A stretch of 63,946 bases of DNA, filler included, from Choristocarpus tenellus KU-1152 (GCA_964200185.2; 11 parts of 11 records of this genome joined end to end with filler, not necessarily neighbours in it); one strand, 5' to 3'. Positions 38,228 to 51,720 are shown, counted from the first letter of the whole stretch. Made by a program: numbers and translations. Notes: a model not told the origin generated them from the letters alone.

Positions 38228-41200
38228 CTGATTGCATTGGAATCGTCTAGAGACGTTATAACCCATGATTCTCAAATGAGAAAACGTGCACTTTGTCGAC
38301 AAATTGTGTTGCTTTTACAATACCTACACTGAACATATAAATTGTAGGCCAGCCTATATTGAATTACTGATGCACCCTTGGACATATGATAAGGATTCCT
38401 GTGTTGCAAGATGTACTAGCATACAAAAAATAAGGTTTTCATGGATAACGAAATATTGAAAAAAAAGTTCGGAAGAAGATTTTAGTTTAGAGAGAGCATT
38501 CCATTTGACGCGGACACCTTCAGATCCTGTTTTAATTCTTTCTTACTTTGAAGTCTTCCTCAAACATAAACAGCGATCGGGAAATTGTGTCGCACACTGG
38601 TGGTCGCTTTACATACCCAAAAAGGCAGAATCTATCACACTCTAAACATTTGCTCTTTTTCTAGAGCTACCTTTCTTTCGATTACTGGTTTACCTTGCTA
38701 CTATCTAAGCCAATACTCAAGATTTATATGTTATTGCAGACATGCTCCTTCTGCACATACGATATCTGTGCTTGACGCCTTGAACAAGAGATAAGTGTGT
38801 GTGTGTGTGTGTGTAGTTGATGTAAGCCAAAAATTATCGTCCTGTCAAAACCCACTGCTCCGAAATAGGTTTCCTTTCATGGGGAGGTCCAACCATTGGT
38901 TCTTGCTCCATAGCCATGGTTGTGTACATCTTGCTCAACACTGCATTGGGCGCTGGGAGATGAAGCTCAAGAGGAAGTGAAATGATGAGTAAGAACCAAT
39001 AGTGCTAGTCAAGAATATCTCATGGGCTGAGCCTAAATCACCACTGCTTCCTTGGCATATCACAGAGGTTGGGTTTTATGAATGTTGTAAACCATTTACT
39101 AATTGCTTGCCCTCCAACCAACACAATCATTGGACCAACAGGATAGAATTGCCCATGCTGACCTCTGGCACTGAGGCCCTGACCCATAGCCCTTAAATCT
39201 GATTCGATATTCACACTTATGTCTGAAGGATGTAACACTAAAAGTCTCAGAACAGGCACAAAGAGAGAGCAAGTTCCATGCCATGCTTGCTTCGAAGTGC
39301 TCCATAATTCCCAAGGGTAATGACGGCAAACAGTGAGCAACCGATTGTTCTTGACCCCAATGTCAGCAGCAGGTTAGGGTTACATTATGTATTTTTTACA
39401 TCAGCACGCTTTCCTGTGTCTAGAGTTGAGCTGAGCACCTGCTGCATGAAGTGGAATGTGCCTCAGGACCCAAAAACACATGCGTATCAGTGGTGGCCTG
39501 TACCACACCTAAACTACGTACTTGGAGTACGTACAAAAAGGGTATGTTTTGGCTCATTGGCGCTACATCCCAAGTACATACTTGGGTACTAATAGCATCT
39601 CCCCAAGAACCGTTTTTCTTCTACGTACGTGCACAGGCGTACACTTGTAAACGAGCCTCTACTATTAATAGTAGTAATAATACTACTGAAAATGCACAAA
39701 AAAAACTGGTTTACATATCTCGTCGTACATTAATGCGGTGAACCATCTACGTGAACAAGATCGAGTGGATAATCCACACATTATCACGCATATTTTTTCC
39801 CTAAATTCGACAAATACGTATGTATCTCGAAATATTTATAACATCAAGGATAATGTGTCCGAATGCTGTGTACATGGAGCACATTATTTATCTATGAAAA
39901 CATCAGTATGTTGCACAGTTCAATCGCTATTATGTAGAATTCCGTAATGTCCTGATCATATTGCAGTACTGCTACTGCTGCTACTTGCTCTACCTACCCT
40001 GCTTCACCCTCTGTGTTTGTGTGTAATGATGAATGTCATGCGCCTGCTCCAGGACCAGCCAGCCGTTTTGCTTCTGTTGGGAGGTGCAGTGAGTTTTAGG
40101 ACAGGGTCTCGAATACTATATCAACAGAGGAAAACTGAGGTAGCTGTACACTACAACAAATCTCCATTTTTTTTATGACTTTTTTGTGCCCCTCGTCCGT
40201 CCATCCATCCATGCTGTAGTAGGTATCATATTTGAATATAATTTAGGTACAAACACATATTATAAGCTATCTACCTGCAAAGATCTGAAGAGGAATCAGT
40301 GATTTTCACATCCTGAGCGAGGGGAGATGTGATGCTTTAAGTGCTCCTATTTGTCTACTATTAGTAGTACTCCTATATACTTCAACCTAGAGTATAATGT
40401 AGTCCTACGCTGAATTCGCTTCTTATGTGTGTACTACCACCTACTACCTCGTGAATGAGTGAAGTCGGCATGATGGCAGCATCGATAGAATTAGATAGAA
40501 GTCACGAGGACTGATGAGTCTTCCAAATTTTCCGTATTGATTATTAGGGAATCTATACCATTGTGGCAAGCAAAGCACATTATAAAATCTCCATCACCAA
40601 ACTATGATGCTTTCTGAATGGTTATGCAATGCTGAATTGGGAGCAGTTACTTGTGACACCAATGAAAAAATGCTCAATAGGGAGAGCAATGCTGAACTGG
40701 CAGCCTTGCTCAGTTTACCTCGCCCAACAAAGCTATACTGGATGATGTTGTTTCCAGGACAAAACATGCAAGTCAATATCAACCAAAGTTGAAGGTGTTG
40801 CTATCAGATCCCATAGTGGCACAAAGAAATGTATTGAATACTACAAGCATCAGTAATAGTGCGAATGATGTGAATTCCAGAATATTATAACTCCTTCAAT
40901 TAAGTGAGATCACAATGCTGATTGTTCGTTGTTAGCCCCCTACATTTGATTGAGAGGGGGGGAAAAAGTAATTTTTGTGGGAGGGTGTCTAGTGCTTTGT
41001 AGAGCACTAGAAATTTATACTACTACTACTGGGGTTAGCAAACACAAGGCGGCCTCTTTGCTCCTGTAAGTAGGTAAGTCTCAAGTAGATCTTGTATTTT
41101 TCTACGGCTACTCTTTTCCTTCTGTTACTGTTGAAGTATTTTTTTATAGGTTTTCTTACTGTAAGAAGCATGTTGAGTTTTAGTCCACCAGACCTCCACT

Positions 41201-41537
41201 CTTCTTAAACCAAGCAAGACACTTAGAATTTTTGGATAGAGCTCTAGAGTGCTTGCCCAGATGAGGGAGTAGTAGTCGTTCACGACCAACCCAAGTTCCT
41301 TGATTTTCTGTGGAAATATGACGAGAAAACATGATACGTTAAAGGACGCCAAAATCGATTCATCATAAGAAAATGTAAACTAGAGTCAATGAATTCGTGT
41401 ATGTCCGTTCTCATTCCCCCAGGCAACCATTCGTAAAACTTCTGATGTTTACCAAAATGCGAAAAGAGAACGAAAATAGACTGAGTTTTTCTCCTTCATT
41501 CAATAAACAATTATCTCGACAAATATCAACCCATCGG

Positions 41538-41610
41538 GGCCGCGTGGCCCAATGGATAAGGCGTTGCCCTCCTAAGGCAAAGATTGTGGGTTCAAGTCCC
41601 ACCGTGGTTG
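41538..41610 (+). tRNA. tRNA-Arg (anticodon CCT)
   Basis: 73-nt cloverleaf: GGCCGCG/CGTGGTT acceptor stem, D-loop with GG, TTGCC-CTCCTAA-GGCAA anticodon arm, GTGGG-TTCAAGT-CCCAC T-arm; T-run ~9 nt downstream. Confidence 0.95.
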
Positions 41611-43579
41611 CGGCATTGTTTTTCGCGTTTTAGTCGTGTGGGGAGGTCAGTACATAACCGAATTTTGTGGATTAGAAATCCATCAAGTCGTTCGCTCTAT
41701 CAATGTGGAAATCTTAGTTTTGATTATCCGAGTCCACATTGCAAGCAATACGGATTGTACACATATGCTGCTGTCCTAACTGTCAATCACAAAAGACGCT
41801 GCACCGAGATCGAGGTGGGAAGGCTTCATATCGGAGTGATGCCAAGGCAGATCTACAACAAGAATCAAGGGACGAGGCAGAGGGATGAGAGAGAGGTTGG
41901 ATTACTGAACCCAACGAGAAGCGAGGCAAGAACGGCGAAGGAGTAGAATTAGTCGAAGTGCAACAACAACTTACAGCAGTTACCCTTAAAAGTAGTGCAT
42001 GCAGTGTGTCAGTGTCAACATAGTCCCACACTGAAGTGAAGAAAAAATATATGCTATGTAGTAATAAAACAACTCTGTGACATATTAAACAACATTGCAC
42101 TCACTCAGACAACACAAAGTACTGTTGATTTCGCTTTTGTACTCAGAGTAAATGACAAAGGACTTTCCGGACAAGATAGAGCAAATGGGTACACAAGTTT
42201 TCCCTGACGGAATACGTCACAGACCGAATTACCTCCATTATTTGCTGAACAACAGACATTATAGGGGAACAAAAAGCCCTGAGTGCTGTCCTGGACAACG
42301 GATGCTACAGAGCAAATGATCCCGAGTTAGCAGGTATGCATGCGAAGGGAAAACCTGATAACCGCCACATGAACGTACAAGGAGCAAGATGGCCAGCATA
42401 CGGCCAAGATGGAGATCCGATAATAATTATGACCTACTCAAGTTGACTGTGAATTCTTCGCAGTATCGAGGTGACTGTGCAACAATGGAGACCCATCTGT
42501 TCGCAGGGGAAATTGTATGCATTCGAAATTTGAGCGACTCCCACAAGCGTTGATGTTCATTGAACTTGCAGAAGAAAAACGGAAGCAAGGTGGTCAGGAG
42601 AAGAACAGGTCTGCGTCTGACATCCTTCAAATTCCCATCACGCCTAACATTCGGCTAACTATCCCCAGATTAGACTGTGGCTGTAGAAAAGGAGACACGT
42701 TTGTCCATCAAATAAGCGCAAAATCGCTAGCGAGATTGGANNNNNNNNNNTTGGAAGAGCAATCAATTGTACCAGGATGACGCTGTCACAGTGGCCCAAA
42801 ATAATCAACGGCATCCCCTTGTGAAATAGAATGGCTCTATGAGAGTGAGTTGAATAGCACAACGAGCTTCATGGACGAGTTAGTGGCATTTCAGGAAACC
42901 TATGATGACTGACGTACGTCATGATAGAGATGCAGCAAAAAGGTAGCAGCCCAACCAGAACAAGGCACATACGTGTGCACTCACCACTATTTGGTATGTG
43001 TTGTTCTTTCTGATCATCTCTCTCTCTCTTTTTGGGTTAGCTATTCTTACTCCCTTCTTTCCTTTGTGTAAATTGTGATGAGTGGTGTTTAGGGTTACAA
43101 ATACCTGGTGTGGCAGTGACTTTTATCCCCCACCCTTTTCTCCCATGTGACCAGGCATCGTGTGATCAACGTAATGATGTACTATGCAAAATATGGGATT
43201 TTGTGGATTGTGTTTCTCTTCGATGACCTTTGTACCTACACTGAGTTCTTTCTCTTCCTTATTTCTCTCTTCTTTCGCTGCTTTCAATATATTGCACAAA
43301 GATAGAACATTTCTTCCGTATCATACTACGGAATATTTAGTGTTTTCTCCAATGGTACTGTGGTGTATCGATTTCCTCCAACTATGTATACCGATTGCCC
43401 TCACGACTGGGACCCCTAAGACAAATTTGAAGATAAAAATAATGTAAGTATTCATTTTTTGGAAGGCCTGGACCCTTGACGGTCTACGATAGACGTGCAA
43501 AGAGTACTGTTTTTTTAATATGATCGGGACAATCCTCAGCTTTTAACACACGTTTAGTAAAAACGTTGTTTGTAACATT

Positions 43580-43721
43580 GATGACCATGTAAGCTGTGGA
43601 TCATAATACTTCACCGACCTAGCAATCTTCAAAAACGCTTCATGCACTGGTTGCATCAAATGCGAATGGAATGCATGCGATACTGCAAGTAATTGTACTT
43701 TTCTTCCAGCAGCTTCAAGTT
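43580..43721 (-). pseudogene. Isolated fragment of a type I PKS/FAS acyltransferase (AT) domain
   Basis: ELEAAGRKVQLLAVSHAFHSHLMQPVHEAFLKIARSVKYYDPQL matches the LxVSHAFHSxLMxP AT motif; cut upstream by a LINE 3' tail. Confidence 0.7.
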
Positions 43722-43760
43722 CCCCCTGACGCATCTGCAAAATGTCAGAGGGTATAATAA
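43722..43760 (+). mobile_element. Minimal 3' tail of non-LTR family C
   Basis: CCCCCTGACGCATCTGCAAAATGTCAGAGGGTATAATAA, nearly identical to the tail at ~10174-10210. Confidence 0.75.
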
Positions 43761-45005
43761 TATATAGAATAGAGGTGCAAGGGAGAAGTGTAGCCGTTTC
43801 CTTATGAAGTGGGGCGACAATCCGGGACTTTAAATACCAGAAATATATTCCTGACTCGAATTCCTAGTTAGTTGCTCTATTTCTCAGGGAATCACTGTAT
43901 GAAATAAAGTAGAGGGATTAGAAAATAGTTTGTGATCATTTTGGACGAGCGTTGATTTAAGGTTAGAAGGGGATAACTCATATTCGTTTTGCACATGTAG
44001 TAAATAAACGATTGCCACTGCAACATAATGACAGTTGGGTGACAGCATTGGAACGACGGATTCCTCCAGTTCCTCAAACTTACTAATATGAGGTAGAGTG
44101 TGAGGTATAACATTTAGCTTTCCAGGTTTGTGTTTGACTGTTAAATCATTATTTTGAAGTGCGATATCCAAACCACAAATTATGTTATCTGTATTTGTAC
44201 TCTATGCAAGTAACACAATGCGGCATGATCTGTAATGCAGCTAAAGTGTATACCCCAGAGATACGGTTGCAAGAGAGTGATAGAGGAAACGACTGTATAA
44301 TACTTTCTAAATATAGATCTGAATAGTGATGCTAAACTTTATTGATTTTCTTGCTAAAGCAATGATACCTAAGTTATTAGGATGATTGACTCGGGGTTGT
44401 GCTAAAACCCCCAACACCACTCTCACTGGCATCAATGTGGACAATGAACGCTCTGGTAGAGTAAAGGAAATACGAGAACAGGGACTGCATCGAGCAAGTG
44501 TTTCGCTTTGAAAAATGAAAAATTCCACATCATGCTCCATTCCTCATTCTTTACCAATGTTCTTGCTGACACCTTTCATGGTAAGACAAACTAACGGTTT
44601 GATGACTGTGGCTAACCATACCTAGGACAATCGAAGCTCTTTGACAGTGGTGAATTTAATTAATTCAGTGATGGCACGAATCCGATACGAATCCCTTCAG
44701 ACGACAAAACATGACTCAACTACCGGACTTCTCTAGACCTAATTTGAATCTTTGACGGTTTCGAGGTTAAACCTGCTGCTTGCAATTTTTTGAGCTGGTG
44801 ATCTAATAAGAGGAACAACCTTTCTCGTATGAGAGGACAAGCAATCAAATCCTCCACGTAAACGACCAAACCACTAAGTGGACCAAAGCTGAGAAATGGT
44901 AAGGACAAGAAAGTTGAAATTGCTAGGGAATATTTGATACACTAAATGGCATCCTCGAAAAAACAGGTTTGGCTCTGGAAATGGCAAAAGCACACTTATC
45001 AATAA

Positions 45006-45235
45006 TTTATTATTATGCCCTCTGACATTTTGCAGATTTGTCAGGGGGGAAACAAATTAGGGTTAGGGTTAGGGTAAACTATACATATGTCGTTATTAGC
45101 CCAAAGAAATAAAATATCATAAATGTGAAAACACTGTAAAACACTATAAATGTGATAAACACTAATCTATTTGTTGATTCACCACTATCAATACTCTACT
45201 ACTGCCTTCCTGTGCTTCCAATCTACCTACTCCTT
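45006..45235 (-). mobile_element. 3' UTR/tail of non-LTR family C inserted in the gypsy RT; contains (TTAGGG)3
   Basis: TTATTATTATGCCCTCTGACATTTTGCAGATTTGTCAGGGGG...; reverse complement of ~10000-10215. Confidence 0.75.
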
Positions 45236-45568
45236 ATCTATATCAGTTTCAGCAACCAGAATATTATGCCAATATATATTCTCCATATTCACAAATGGTG
45301 ATAAATTCGGTACCACTCACGGTATAAAATATGTTATTCCATGTAAGAAATAGGACAAGTCTAACATGTTAATAGTTGAGCATTACTCCACTCTTCAACG
45401 TGGAAAGCCATCAGACTTGGCTATTATGGTAACAGGACTACCCGAGGACTATTTTGTTTTTGGTGCCTTGCTCTTCCATAGTGTTAACACTTTGGCCAAT
45501 AAGTTCTTGAGTGAGGGTTTTCTCTGCATGGGTTCCTATCAATGGACTTCATTCGTACCAGGCTCTAC

Positions 45569-45826
45569 GGGTGAAAGTATCTCAGAGGGTACGAGTTTTC
45601 CCATATTTGTCCATTTGCGGCTTGACTTCTTGCTGTTTTTTTATAACATTTTCCTATCCCGAAATGTTTCGGAGTAGGCAAAATGTGTATGATATTAAAA
45701 GGTGTGTCCAGAATAAGGATATCGACAATTCTTAACAAACACGATAGCCCAAATTAAATCAAAATCACAACATTGAATTTTGATCCCCGAATGGACGCAG
45801 CTCTACCCTCTCAGATACTTTGACTC
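45569..45826 (+). mobile_element. MITE family B, complete copy (258 bp)
   Basis: GGGTGAAAGTATCTCAGAGGGTA ... TACCCTCTCAGATACTTTGACTC; flanking CTAC duplication. Confidence 0.92.
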
Positions 45827-46318
45827 CTACAGGAATCTCTGCTTCAGCTAGAGTACACCTGCCTAGTTCTGTTGTGTTCAGCGAAAATACTGATCTGTGT
45901 CAAGCACATAGGTCAAAAAGTTGGAACACTTGTGACTGATTGAATGAGGTATATTTGAAAGCATCTGTCTTACTGAAAGTTTGATGAAACTCCTTTCTAG
46001 TTTTCTGAACAAGGCGAAATCAATATTCAGAGCCCCAACGGTGTTGGGTGTCTCATCACAAAGTGGGGTCAAGTGCCCAATAATCACAAGGTGTTTCTTG
46101 ATGTGAACTGTTCATAAGGTAGAGTTTGCCGTCTGTACCAACAACAATTTAGCATTTGCTGGCCAAGTACTGAGAGCACAAGCAATGGGATACTATTCCA
46201 TCAATGCATGGCTTTATTGTATTGGTCTACCTCAGGGATAAAGTGCAAAATTGGTTCCTCTTCAACGGTAGTACCAGGGGATAGGCCGTCAGCAGTTGTG
46301 CAACTGACGGTGATTTCT

Positions 46319-46597
46319 TGACCAGGAGTGGTATGTTGTAAAGTTTATGTAGATATTAAAACATAGGGTACTCTCTCTGTGATATATAGATACAGTTCAG
46401 TGCCATTACTCTGTGATGACTGGTGCTCTCTCTACTAGTAATGTTGCCTTAGTGTTAATGACCAGGAGTGGTATGTTTTAAAGTTTATGTAAATATTAAA
46501 ACATAGCGTACTCTCTCTCTGTGATACATAGATACAGTTCAGTGTCATTACTCTGTGATGACTGGTGCTCTCTCTACTAGTAATGTTGCCTTAGTGT
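46319..46597. repeat. Tandem duplication, 2 x ~140 bp
   Basis: TGACCAGGAGTGGTATGTT...AATGTTGCCTTAGTGT occurs twice, nearly identical. Confidence 0.9.
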
Positions 46598-48059
46598 GCA
46601 AGTACCCACACATCTTTATATGGACCTAATCGGTACATGATCATGACTTACCATTCCACTCTGGCCATTTGTTGAAATATTCCACACTGGACCCGTGACT
46701 TTGTGCCTTGATGAAGAACAATGAATAGCCTGATGTAGATATGCAATATTAATTTTACAAGGGGCTTGTGGTCTCAATTTCGCTGACTGAATTGGTGGGG
46801 GTGAGACAAGTGCAGACTACCATGTGGAATTTGCAACGTCCACATGGATAATCAGAATAATATCTACGTATCGTATGTACCATATATGATGTATATCAAT
46901 ATCAATGGATAATCTAATATCGGGTCCCTACAATACATGAACGTTGGGTAGAGCTCAACTGAAAATATGTTTCCATGTATCTGCCTCTACCTTTCCTCCA
47001 CTATTCCACTGGTGGTGTCTACCTTTCCTAATCTACTCCACCGATGGTGTGTATAGTGTATCAGCAGCACTATCTACGAACAGCATTGACAATAGTTAAT
47101 TTTTGATCCTTGGACTGGCAGAACGTATCAAGGATTGTACCAAAGGCCCGCGCCCGCATGACACAATATTCAACCAGTACTTTATCGAGACCAAGTTGGG
47201 GAATCACAAACCTTAGCAGGTAGTGTGGTATCACCTTATGTTAAGTGAAAAACGAACATATCCACGAAGATGTAGTGAACCATTAGCAGTACGAATATCT
47301 ATTGCACCAGGTGGGACACAATGCACACCCAAACGTTTGAGTTGAGGGGATTAATGAACGAAAAACCTCCTGAAATGCATGGTTACATCACTTCCTGTGT
47401 CTGTGATTAAGTCCTCTTCCTTTTGTTCTTTGACAGTGTCAGATACAAAAACTCTTTGAGACAAAAAGGTAAAGGTGTTGGAGTAGATGGATTGTTGAAA
47501 CATAGGCTTATCACCTTTTTATGCAATTGATACTATACAGTATTACAATTCATACTGACCGTTGATTGGCACAGCAGTACTGGTCGTTACTCACATTTTA
47601 CATCATCGACACTAAATCATAGGATCAATAATTACCATTGCAATTCCATCGTTGATAGCAAGTCTGAAACATTCAACATCTCTCAAAGATACAAGTACAG
47701 CATGTGCCACATGAGTTGTCTCAATATCTGAGATATTGATTCAAGTTCATTTCATTTCTTAATCTTCACAGCAGAACCACCAGTTGTATCTCATACAATG
47801 TTTTTTCTTTTTTCTTTAGTTGGCTTTGCTTCCACTCAGACACCAAACTCACTCTGCACGAAGTGTACCAGAAGCACAACTGGATGATACATATTCAGAG
47901 TTAACTCATCCACAAACTCTTTTACAACGACAGGTCCTTTGGAGTGAAGGGGTGTCATAGTGCAGTGAAGCACTGTTGAATTCATGTTGATGAACCTTGT
48001 GACATGCTCTGCACAGTCACAGGTTAAATGGTACAGAGTAATGGGATATTCCTTGGTGC

Positions 48060-48717
48060 AATAGGTGGGTATGGTGGAATAGTGGTGATTCGGGCATTGG
48101 TGCGGATGATGGCTAGGCTGGTGGCAGTGACGGCACTGGTGGGCTTAGGCAGTGAGGGCAACATTGGGGTTTGCATCAGACGCACAGTCGGTCAAGTCTA
48201 GGTCGTTGTTGTAGGTGACTTGAATTGCTGAGATGAGGGACTCTGTGGTGAAGCCTGAGTGGAACCGTGCTTGGCTCCAAAGAACATCATAGTTACACAA
48301 CGTCTGGAGAGAAGAGCTGCCTGCTGCCAGAAGTCACTGATGGTCTTACCAAATGCTTCAAGTTCAGCCTTGGCCCGGTAGAGCTGAAGTAGTCACTGGT
48401 CAAATTCCTCATCAGGTTCCATCATGCCCTGTTCAAATCAGCAGTGGACAACGTGCATCTGTTGTTTGGTGGCCTCTTCAAACTTGCTTTTGAGTGCATG
48501 TCAGGTTTTATTGCGCTGCTGTAGTCCAAGAAGGAGCTTTGATTGGTCCACGGTAGGTGGCAAGTAGGATACCGAACAGCTGATCGTTGTCTTCATCATA
48601 GGTGGATGTGGGGGTGGTAGTGGATGTGTGGGAGCTACTATGAACCAAAACAAGATGGGCTCAAGCCGCCACATGGCTCAGGATCACAACAAAGTCCAGT
48701 TCGAAGAAGTCACATGA
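48060..48717 (-). mobile_element. Inverted copy of the copia gag region (left arm of an inverted repeat)
   Basis: Diverged reverse complement of 48842-49488. Confidence 0.85.
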
Positions 48718-48841
48718 CCTCGTCTCGTACTATCTACCACCGTCTATCCACATTCACCACTGTAGACAAACCACCTACATCACCACGGAATGAATGCACC
48801 CTTAAAAAATACCATCTTTTCCGGTAACAACTCCTCACTCC

Positions 48842-50990
48842 TCATGGGATATCTTCAAACTGGACTTTGTGGGGATCCTGGGCCGTGTGGCGGCTTGGAC
48901 CCATCTTGTTTTGGTTCAGAGCAGCTCCCACACATCCACCACCACCAACCCCACCACCACCCCCACGTCCACCTATGATGAAGACAACGATCAGCTGTTC
49001 GAAACCATCCTCAACAACGGCCTCTCTGTCTCACATGCACTCAAAGGCAATTTTGAGGAGGCCACCGAACAAAGGATGCGCACTGTCCACTGCTGGTTTG
49101 AACCCTGTTCAGGGCAAGATGAACCCGGCGAGGACCCTGACCAGTGGCTACTTCAACTCAACTGGGCCAAGGCTGAACTTGAAGGATTTGGTGAAACCAT
49201 CAGCTACTTCTACCAGCAGGCGACTCTTCTCTCCGGACTCTCTCCAGACTATGATGTTCTTCAGAACCAAGTACGGTTCCACTCAGACATCACGGAGTAG
49301 TCCCTCATCTCAGCAATTCAAGTCACCTACAAAAACGACCTAAACTTGACCGACTGTGCATCTGATGAAAACCCCAATGTTGCCCTCACTGCCTAAGCCC
49401 ACCCTTGCCGCCACTGCCACCACCCTGGCCATCAGCCGCACCAATGTCCAAATCACCAAATCACCACTATTCCACCATACCCACCTAATACATCCTCCAC
49501 TGGCATCTAGTGCTCCTATCACATGTCCCAAACACACACTTACCAAGAATGTTATGCACAGTGCCACCAGCAACACAGCCACAGGCACAGTCACACCCAT
49601 TCTTGAGCCCCCTCCAATATCCACACACACACACACACCAGCCCAACTCCTTCATCACTTAGCTCCCCCCCCATCCCTCCCATTATCTACATACACAGCC
49701 ACAGCCACAGCCACAGTCACAGCCATTCTTGCACCTTTCCGGTATCAACACCCACACCCACCCCAGCCCAATTCCGTGAACCTAGTCACCTTAGGTCCTT
49801 CAACAACCTTGGAATCCGTGACAGACAATACCACCCTGTTGACCACCCTGGTATCCTCGCTGGGCAGCCCTTCCCACCCTCTTCGAACACCCTGACATCC
49901 TTGCTGGGGGATCCTCCACAATAACCTCCCTTCCTACCCTTTAGCCCTCATTTTCCCAGGCTTTGCCGAAACCAACTCCCACGGTCACCCTCAGGTATTC
50001 CGCCTCCACAAAGCCCTCTACGGCCTTCGACAAGCCCCCCGTGCCTGGCACCAAATCCTCCACCAAACCCTTACCACCCTCGGCCTCACCCACAGCCTTG
50101 CTCATCCCTGCGTGTACATCAGAGGGGAGGCTGGGGTTATTCTTTTCGTGTACATGGACGACATGGGCATCAATGGCTGCAACTCCAGACGCATTGACAG
50201 TATGCGACATCAACTCCAATAACAGTTCGACATAGAAGACATGGGCAAAGCTGAATACATCCTCGAGATTCGACTCCTTCCGGACCTGTACGTGAATACC
50301 ATACTGGATTGCTTCGGAATGGCTAACTACAACTCATTGGCGACGCGTGCAAACCATCATGAACTAGGCCCGTCAACCTGACTCTCCACTACCACCCCTC
50401 GACAAACACCACTGCCAAACCCCAGTTGGCATTTTACTCTCGACATTTTCCATATGCTGTAATACAACTTGGTACATGACCCCCCCCTCACAGCTTCACT
50501 GGATTGCTGCCAAGCGTGTTCTGCGCTACCTCCAGGGTGCCCCTGGCTTTGCCCTTGGACACTGTGCCACCCTGTCCGATTTCATCGCTCAGCACAGCTA
50601 TGCAGACGCCAGCTACGCCAGTGATCCAGTAACTTGGTCAAGAAAGAAACAGTCCACCATCGCCCTGTTCAGCACCGAAAGTGAGAGTCATGCTCCCAGC
50701 TTTGTAGCTCAGGAATCTCACTATCATCGCAGTCTGCTGTCGTCTCTGGGATTTGATGCCAAGAACCCCCTCACTATTCATGAGGATAACCAGGGCGCCA
50801 TTCACTTGGCCAACAACTTAACCTACAGCCTTGCGACCAAGCATGTTGGCGTTCGTCTTGCCTTCCTCAGAGAACCTGTTACTGCCGGGCCCATCCCGGT
50901 TGTAGACATCTGCACCAACCTTCACTTCCTCATACCCTCACCAAGAACCTACCGTAAGTACGCTTCCATCTGAACCTCATGTAACCTCAC
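48842..50990 (+). mobile_element. Degenerate Ty1/copia retrotransposon (gag, RT, RNase H remnants)
   Basis: gag-like GEDPDQWLLQL..LEGFGETIS..LLSGLSPDY; RT LHKALYGLRQAPRAW...FVYMDD (~50000-50170); RNase H WSRKKQSTIALFSTESE...EDNQGAIHLA..TKHVGVR. Confidence 0.88.
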
Positions 50991-51279
50991 CAAAAATGGA
51001 CTCCTACTTACGTTTTCCGTTGTATTAGGACTGTTTATTTTTGTTCCACACACGATATCCATGATGTTTATTTTTCTTATAAGTCCTGGAGATTTCTAGT
51101 GTTGAATGAAACTCTGCTCATCATTCTTCTGATTATTTTGAGTTTTTTTATTCGTAGCCGAACGTCATACTCCACCATTGTTTTTTTACTTATTTCAATT
51201 AGGTGCTTGATGTTAATGATATTATGAAGTGGGGCCTCGGCAAGCAAGTGGAATGCCTCCTGGATGAGCTGGCTACTCA

Positions 51280-51428
51280 CATGGTAGGGGGGAGAGGAGC
51301 GGGAGGATACTGCCGGAAAGGAGTAGTTAAATCCAGGCTACGACAAATTGTTTCGGTGACTACACAAGTGGCATTGTCTTGACGTGTGATGCGCTTCAGA
51401 CTAGAGTCACCAGGGAGATGGGCACGGA
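51280..51428 (+). mobile_element. 3' coding end of non-LTR family C, truncated by contig end
   Basis: GVVKSRLRQIVSVTTQVALS*RVMRFRLESPGRWAR; matches 9897-9950. Confidence 0.7.
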
Positions 51429-51542
51429 NNNNNNNNNNNNNNNNNNNNNNNNNNNNNNNNNNNNNNNNNNNNTTAATTAATTAANNNNNNNNNNNNNNNN
51501 NNNNNNNNNNNNNNNNNNNNNNNNNNNNGGGCTATGAATTAA

Positions 51543-51720
51543 GGGTCAAAGTATCTGGAGGGGGGTGGCGGCTGTCCATTTGGGGTCAATTTTTTCATGT
51601 CGCCATTTTTGGGTGATTTAGTTGCATACGTCGGATGGATAATGTAAGTGCACTTTTCATGGTTTTTGCCCAAATTGACACCCTGGTGTAGACCCCTCCC
51701 CCCCCCAGATACTTTGGGTC
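51543..51720 (-). mobile_element. MITE family A, complete copy (178 bp)
   Basis: GGGTCAAAGTATCTGG ... CCAGATACTTTGGGTC. Confidence 0.92.

Larger units (their letters stand above)
43884..47500 (-). mobile_element. Degenerate Ty3/gypsy pol (protease-RT-RNase H), interrupted by a LINE tail, a MITE B and a tandem duplication
   Basis: Protease ITDTGSDVT...IRTANGS (~47270-47410); RT PVTIIAKSDG (~45410-45440), MPF, VVYVEDL..KLQAAGLTSKPSK (44720-44908); RNase H IDASESGVG, TDHAALCYL, LQNNDLTVKHKPGKLN. Many stops and frameshifts. Confidence 0.8.

Noticed and set aside
49356-49895. 179-aa Pro/Thr/His-rich ORF as a host gene
   Set aside because: It lies inside the degenerate copia element between gag and RT and is low complexity.
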